Shown one piece after another: positions 57,781 to 64,000 of a DNA stretch of 64,000 bases (position 1 is the stretch's first letter; every line of letters begins with the position of its first letter). Source of the stretch: Macrostomum lignano (lineage: Eukaryota). The stretch covers positions 45,215 through 109,214 of the forward strand of contig NIVC01003246.1 in assembly GCA_002269645.1 (NCBI GenBank). The letters run 5' to 3'. The notes under the pieces were generated by a model. The model was not told where the DNA came from. It did no database searches and saw nothing but the letters and a program-made list of their open reading frames with translations. A program made the position numbers and the translations under genes.

Positions 57781-58632
57781 ACTGACTGACTGACTGGCTG
57801 ACTGACTGACTGACTGACTGATTTTGTCTGAAAAGTGTCATTATCAAAAAATGTCTTCAATGCTTGGATTCTTTTATGCGTGTTAGACACGTTATCGTTA
57901 TAGATTTTCGTTAGAAACTTGAGATAATTTTTACCGACACCCCATCATCATGACGGCTAGATCCGCCTCCGCCAAGGCCTACGACCTGGGCAGAGGGCCG
58001 CAACGAATAACAATGGGTGGAAGAAGGAGAAGGCCAAGAAGAATTTGATGATGAAGAAGACAGCGAGGATGATGATGAAATTGAGGACTCAACAACGAAA
58101 GTCCAGCCCGACTGGCGCCGCTTTTACAGCCCGCCAAAGCCCGAATTTGTTTACAAGTCGCTGATGCGTCGCAATCGGCCTAATCGAATTGAATCGGCGG
58201 CGTCTTCGTCGACTTTGCTGACTTCTTCGGCAGCGGCGGCGCCGCCAGATTCAAAATCGACAGCGAAAGCCACGCCGCCTTCCGATAGAGCGACCTTTCT
58301 GGCTAGGAGGCTGGGAATTCAGCCGACGCCGCCGCAGCCAACGACGGGATGCTTCTGCCGGGGACGCCGGCCGCAGATGGCGGATGCAGCCACTCAGACG
58401 AGTCTGCCGTGCTGTCCGGGACGCTGCTGCCCGTCGTTGCGAAGGCCAACCTCATATGGCAAGAAGGACGTCCTGCAAGGTCGGCTGGAATTTGAAGAAT
58501 GATTTGGAATATAAGAAGCAATCGAGACTTCCGTTGCTTGTTTTACTTTTCATAGCAATTTTGATAGGCCTCCACATATTCCTAACAAAACTCAGAATTC
58601 CGGCGTTTTCAGCCATCCTGCATCAGTTTTAG
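57336..58632 (+). CDS. Possible uncharacterised low-complexity gene (basic/Ser-rich part, acidic part, hydrophobic C-terminal tail); structure unresolved
   Basis: GC-rich coding-like blocks at 57336-57680 and 57960-58632 separated by a (TGTC)n-containing AT-rich gap. Acidic run EEFDDEEDSEDDDE; terminal hydrophobic LPLLVLLFIAILIGLHIFL. No single clean frame. Confidence 0.3.
57707..57820. repeat. (TGTC)n/(CTGA)n microsatellite
   Basis: Seen directly in the sequence. Confidence 0.9.
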
Positions 58633-58905
58633 CATCTACCATTCATAATTAAATAAAACTTCGTCCTAATCAGTGCAATTTTTCAACTGTTTGTGTAAAA
58701 CTGCGTTTTCATTCGTTAGAAACTATTGAAGATGAAATCAAGACAATATTTAATTTACGAGCTGTTTTATTGAAAGAATACTTTTACGCATAGTTAGTTT
58801 CATCAGTTTTCGGAAAATCGTTAGGCCAAAGTTCATATGCCAGAGTTATACAATTGCAGCTCTGAAAACTTCACCCGATTTTGTCAGTAGAATTTTAGCA
58901 GACTT

Positions 58906-61168
58906 TTACCAAAACGAGCACTTTTCACTCGGGTTCATCGTCTGCCGGACTCCGCACTGGAAGACTTGGGCAAATCCTTTGCTATTCTCCATCATTCCGC
59001 GAACGCGCAGATGCGGCGGGCTGTGCTTGATGTTCTTGAAGCGCCGCTTTAGAGCCGCTGGCTCGGCCTTCGTGCACCAGGCCTGCGCCGCTTGAACGAA
59101 GAACAGTCGCTCGGCGTCAGTTCAGATGGCAGGTTCGGCAGCTGCAGCCGGCGACCAGTCTCGCCCTGTAATTGCATGGCACAGCGATGTCATTGCCCAG
59201 AGTCGTATTGGAGCCGTGCGGTACGCCGGGCACCAGCTCATAGGAGCCGTATCGAGAACGCACGCATTCGACCCGGCGCAGGTACTCCTCGGTGGTCCGG
59301 TTGTCCCAGTGGTTACCGTGGATTCCCTCCTTGTTGAGCTGGCGGCCTTTGATGTCGAATGCGTGACCGATTTCATGACCAACGACCAATCCCAGGCCGC
59401 CCAGGTTCATGTAGTCAGGATAGTCCCTATGGTACATCGGAGGCGACAGTATTCCCATGGGAAACACGATCTCGTTGCGCCGCATGTAGTTGTACGCATT
59501 AGTTGTAAGGCCACTTAAAGTGAGAAAGGCTGTGGTAGCCGAGCTGTTTTCCGTCGATAGCACGCCGAACTTCTTTCGTGCCGATGCCCAGAGCGCAATG
59601 GAGAACAACCTGCCAAAGTCCTTATCCACTGAGACTTTCGAATATCGGCCTTTTCGAAAGGAATTAATAGCAGGCGAATAGTACGCAGAAAGTTGGTCGG
59701 CTGACAAGACCTCAAACCCTATTGTGTGCTTGAGCGACAGAAGCTTTTCAATAATGATATCTTTCGTATCCGACTCTATCCAGTCCTGATTAAGCACGCT
59801 GTTAACTGTTGCATTCTCCAGGAGGTCGATCAAATTCTGCACATGCTCAAAGTTCTCTGCATGGTAGGCCTTCTGATACATTCGCTCAACTACTGGAGAC
59901 AGCAAGTCTTTAGTGCGCTTCATGCATGCATCTACCGGTCTCCCCACTGCTTTATCCATCACATCTTCTCTCAGTGGGGACTCAGTCCACATGCGCTCTA
60001 AACGCATGGGTAGGAACCTCGCAAAACTTAGCAGCCAGTCAACAACAAGAAAGCTTTGGTAAATGGAGAGCTTTCTACTGGCTGAATATGTTGATTTCTT
60101 TTTGAAGTACGTCACAAAGTTTATTACTCGCTTTGGATTCTCCAGCTCCACCAAGGCATCCGGGTCGTAGTCAGACTGAACCAGCTCGTCAAAGAATAGG
60201 CTCCACGAAAATGGATCAGCTGGGTTTGCACATTGACTAAGCGCATCTAGATCACGGATCTTGTGCTGCTGTTGCTTGGCAAGCTTGCTGCAGCCATCCG
60301 ACCAATTAGCGTATCGTTCGGACTGCTGGATCTGTTTTAGAACTCGACTGAAACTGAAACTCTCGTTAGCGATGGTCAGAACAGTCGCTCCGCCAATAGA
60401 ACTGAAAAATGTTAATATGGGCTCGAAATTGGACATTGAGCGGTAGAGCTTTGTACTTGCTGAAATAACCACTCTGCTAGCCTTTCTTAGCTTATTGCTG
60501 TCGCCTCGCTTCAGCTCTCGAATGTATGATGAGGACACGCGGACATCAAACATAGTATGGACATCCGTATTCACAATGCGGGCTAAGATTGATTCGATTG
60601 TCCGATTAGACCGTCTTGGACTGACGGCTTCAACAAGATGCTTGAGAAGGCTAGAGAAGAAATGCTGAGCCGCAACTGTGTCATTTTTCATGGATCTATA
60701 GCGCATCCATTTGGTGCAACTGCGAAAAAGCATCCTTGTAAGGTTGTACAAGTCTCTAACTTTCGGATCCGTGCTGTTGACTACCCAGTCCAGCATCAGC
60801 ACTTCGAACAGATTGCTGCGTAGTTGATTTCGCATCACAGAGTAGGAGTTCTGGTAGAAGGTCGGGCCAGTTAGCTTTAATGACTTGAAAACCTCATCGG
60901 GGTCGTATTTGTAGTTCACTGGAAAGTTGCCGCATGCGTAGTTGTAAAAGTCAACGCATGGATTTGCGCTGAAATTCATCTTGCTAGAAACAGCGGCAGA
61001 GAGTGCAACACAGGCTGACGCTTGGCATACGCTTGTTGCTGGTTAATCATTGCGTGATTGCTCTCGACAGAGCGGCAGCTGAGAACTGCTGTTAGCCTCT
61101 TCTGTCACAGACTGATCCGTCGATGGCACCGCGGAGACAACCGCTAGAAACGCGAATAAAGCGAGCAT
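58906..61168 (-). pseudogene. M13 neprilysin/ECE-like metallopeptidase, intronless, with disruptions (possible pseudogene or sequence errors)
   Basis: Signal-like MLALFAFLAVVSA; in-frame TAA at 61043-61045; PCVDFYNYACG; NAY...NEIVFPMGILSPP; NLGGLGLVVGHEIGHAFD; TLGNDIA. After frame changes (~59170, ~59112): LFFVQAAQAWC...HSPPHLRV...MNPSEKCSFW* at 58906. Confidence 0.75.
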
Positions 61169-62011
61169 CAAGAACAGTTTGGCCGTCGGATTGGGGTCAG
61201 AAAAATATCTGCATAAACTGTGTCTGCACACAGGAACACTTATAGCAAGTGCCACTTTCAAATAAATAATCTGAAGTTCTGAATGCGCTTTACTTTGGCC
61301 AGTTTGCGCTAAAACTGGTCCTCCTGGTCTGCCATTCGCTTCCTTCGAGTACAGCGATGGCTAGCGATGGCTAACTTTGAAATTTAGCTGAAATAATAAC
61401 TGGTATTAACTGGTATGCGCCAGTTCTAAAACCAACTACCGAGTCAACGTGCAGAAATCTAGTGTAAATACAAGTTTTGACCGTTTAATGTATGTGTACA
61501 TGTACGTGTACTATAATGGGGTTGTTGCATATAATTTTGCGATGCTGCCAAAAATCACGCAGTTTTTTCCATTTCCCTTGACCCCTGAGGACACCCCTGA
61601 ACACGCTATGTGTGTAACACTTTTCTATAGCCTTTCTCACGGGTAATAAATTGAAATGGAAATTTCAAGCTACTCGCATCCATCAGCCAGACACAAACAG
61701 GTCGGTCCCTAACGCTTTATTACGCTGATATTAACCCGGACCTTTTAAACTGATAGATTTTGATTTGCACCTGTATATTCTGTTCAACAAGTTAGCAATG
61801 ACGTTATCAGCTTAAATTAGCTAAAGGTACTTATTTTTATGAGCATGAATTTTGATTCACCAAAATTTGTCTATGGTAGTAAATCAAGTGAAATCTGCAA
61901 TGGCAAATTTAGCGTAAATTGAAATAAAAATAAAAAAGTTAAATATTTTTGTACCCACCCATACTTGCTCAATCCGCCTCTGTCTCAGACTTGCCAGCTA
62001 TAGCTATTCTA

Positions 62012-62495
62012 ATGGTGACTCGAGCCATCGCATTCGCAGTTTGTGTGTGCTTTGCGGTTTTATTTTCTGCTGGCGATTGTTGCACCTGTGAGTTGTTGCT
62101 GAACCTCCTCTACTCGTGCCTACATTTGCTGGAATCAGTTAATTTTTTATCCGCAACTCCCTACCAACCAAATTGTAGCCACAGTAAAAAAAGCTATCGT
62201 AGTGCCGAAGCCAAAGCTCATCGGCTGCTTCAAGGACGAGGTGCTCAACCGTGACTTCACTGAATACGGCGGCCTACGAATTAACAGAATGGACGCTGAG
62301 CAGTGCCAAAAGTTGTGCACCCCGTTGGCAACAACCTACATGGGCATACAGGGAGATGAATGTTGGTGCGGCAACTCGTTTGGCAAACACGGCCAGGGCA
62401 CGGAGAGGGACTGCGGCCAGGTGTGCTCCGGTAGCATGGATGAGCACTGCGGCGGGGAAAACTTCAATAGCGTGTACGAGGTTTCACCCGAATAA
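62012..62495 (+). CDS. Small secreted single WSC-domain protein (~130 aa, 2 exons)
   Basis: Exon 62012-62087 (signal peptide; donor T|GTGAGT) and exon 62179-62495. Sequence LIGCFKD...RDF...EQCQKLC...YMGIQGDECWCGN...CGQVCSG...CGG...SVY has WSC-type 8-Cys spacing. Confidence 0.85.
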
Positions 62496-64000
62496 TTATT
62501 TTCAAGCTGAAGACACGATGCACGGTAGTTCGGTAACTTACTTTTTTATACTACTTGTCAATGTGTACTGAGCTTTGAAAAGTACATAGTGTACTGAGCT
62601 ACACAATCTTAGATGTATTCTTAATTTCCATCGTAAGAGACTACTAGTAGTAGGATTTCGGTTGAATTTTTTGCTTCTGTTAAAAAGAATAGCTATATGT
62701 CATACAACTCATATGATAGCACGAAGCGTTTTCTGTTATATATCAAAACGTATAATGTTTTTCTAATGTTTTAATGTCGTCAGCATTTTCTAAATATTTT
62801 CATATGCTAACACAAAATTTAATTAGACCTCGTGATGCACGTGCACAATGCCACAGGTATACATATATGACTCATTTCATGAGTATCGAGAATTTTGCAG
62901 ATCCTTGACTAGATCCACACCGGAACTGCTTGAATCTTTGAATTAGAAAACAGACTTTCGATATGCAACAAATTATTTTTAAGACTGTCATGTGTAGCGG
63001 GTATGAACCATAAATGCACACACATGTATGCCTGAAGTTGTTTCACTGCTTTAAAGTACATCATTAAATTTTGAAACGCACCAAATATACATGTAGGGCG
63101 TCATTTATTACACATTTTTTCTTGCGCCTAGTATATGAAAACTGTAAATCATACTGTTTCACTTAAATCTGGAGATATGGACATGCATTTAGATAATGAA
63201 TAAATATAAACTGTATTTCCATGTTTTGTGCGTGTCCCATCAGTTCTTGTTTGCGCGTCCTTTCTCATCACACGTAGCATCGGCCTCGTGTAGATGGCTG
63301 CAATCAATCAACAAATTGAGCTGACAAACCAGATCACTTCTGAAATATAGGTGCAGAAGTGACCGTTTTTTCACGCTCATTCAATTCTTAAGTCTCGCCA
63401 ATAAAAAAGAAGCTGGATCAGTTCTGTACTTGGGTCTCTGGTTATGGACGTTGTGACGGTTTGAGTTCTTGTACATCGTATTAGCAAAAGTAATTAATAA
63501 TTTGTATTTGTGTACGTACTGGCTGACCTGTTAATCAGAGAAAGTTTTTCACTATATTTTTAAATCTTAATACTCCAATTTCAAATGACTATAAAAAAAG
63601 GTTTGAACCTTGAATAATTTCCCTGCACTCTGTTTGTCTCGTTTTGTCGCTCGTCGCTTTTGGCCTTATGCTGAGTCTAATAATTTGTAGATAAATATAT
63701 TGAATAATTCGAAGATTTTTCGACAGTATTTCGACAGCTCGACCTTGTAATTCGCCTAATCCACTAGGCTTATTCACTACATGTAAATCCTGATAGACCG
63801 CTACACCACACATCAACGACGTATCTGTTTCCCCATAGATATCCGTATTGATATTCAATTCTAAAAAATGCAGCAAAATAAACTTACTTGTACAGCTCGG
63901 ATTTGCATGAAAATTTACAGAAAATTTATTACACACAAAACAAACCCTGTGTGAAATTTCAAGTCTATCAGACCAGCAAAGCGGAACGACAATATTTTTT

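Overview
Eukaryotic (animal) genomic DNA, not prokaryotic. It has GC-rich exons with GT-AG spliceosomal introns, AT-rich intergenic DNA, and introns largely filled by locally expanded minisatellites. This style suggests a Macrostomum-like flatworm (inference, not verified). About 13 genes can be assembled by hand: the C-terminus of an ALK/LTK-type glycine-rich protein (+), a PAQR/mPR receptor (-), a 6-exon winged-helix/double-PHD/SAM chromatin protein (-), a divergent type II pantothenate kinase (+), an intronless CYP1-like P450 (-), a class C GPCR (-), an intronless secreted YbaY/YscW-like protein of bacterial type (+), a 4-TM tetraspanin-like protein (-), an AGC-like kinase (+), syntaxin-1 (+) with a tandem-duplicated same-length alternative exon, an unknown low-complexity gene (+), a degenerate M13 neprilysin-like gene (-) and a small secreted WSC protein (+). 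There are two tRNA-derived SINE families (two copies each) and more than 25 tandem arrays. Most long ORFs in the supplied track are repeat artefacts. At least nine coding frameshifts are each repaired by adding one base, which most likely reflects long-read consensus errors. All homology calls come from motif recognition by eye; no database search was run.
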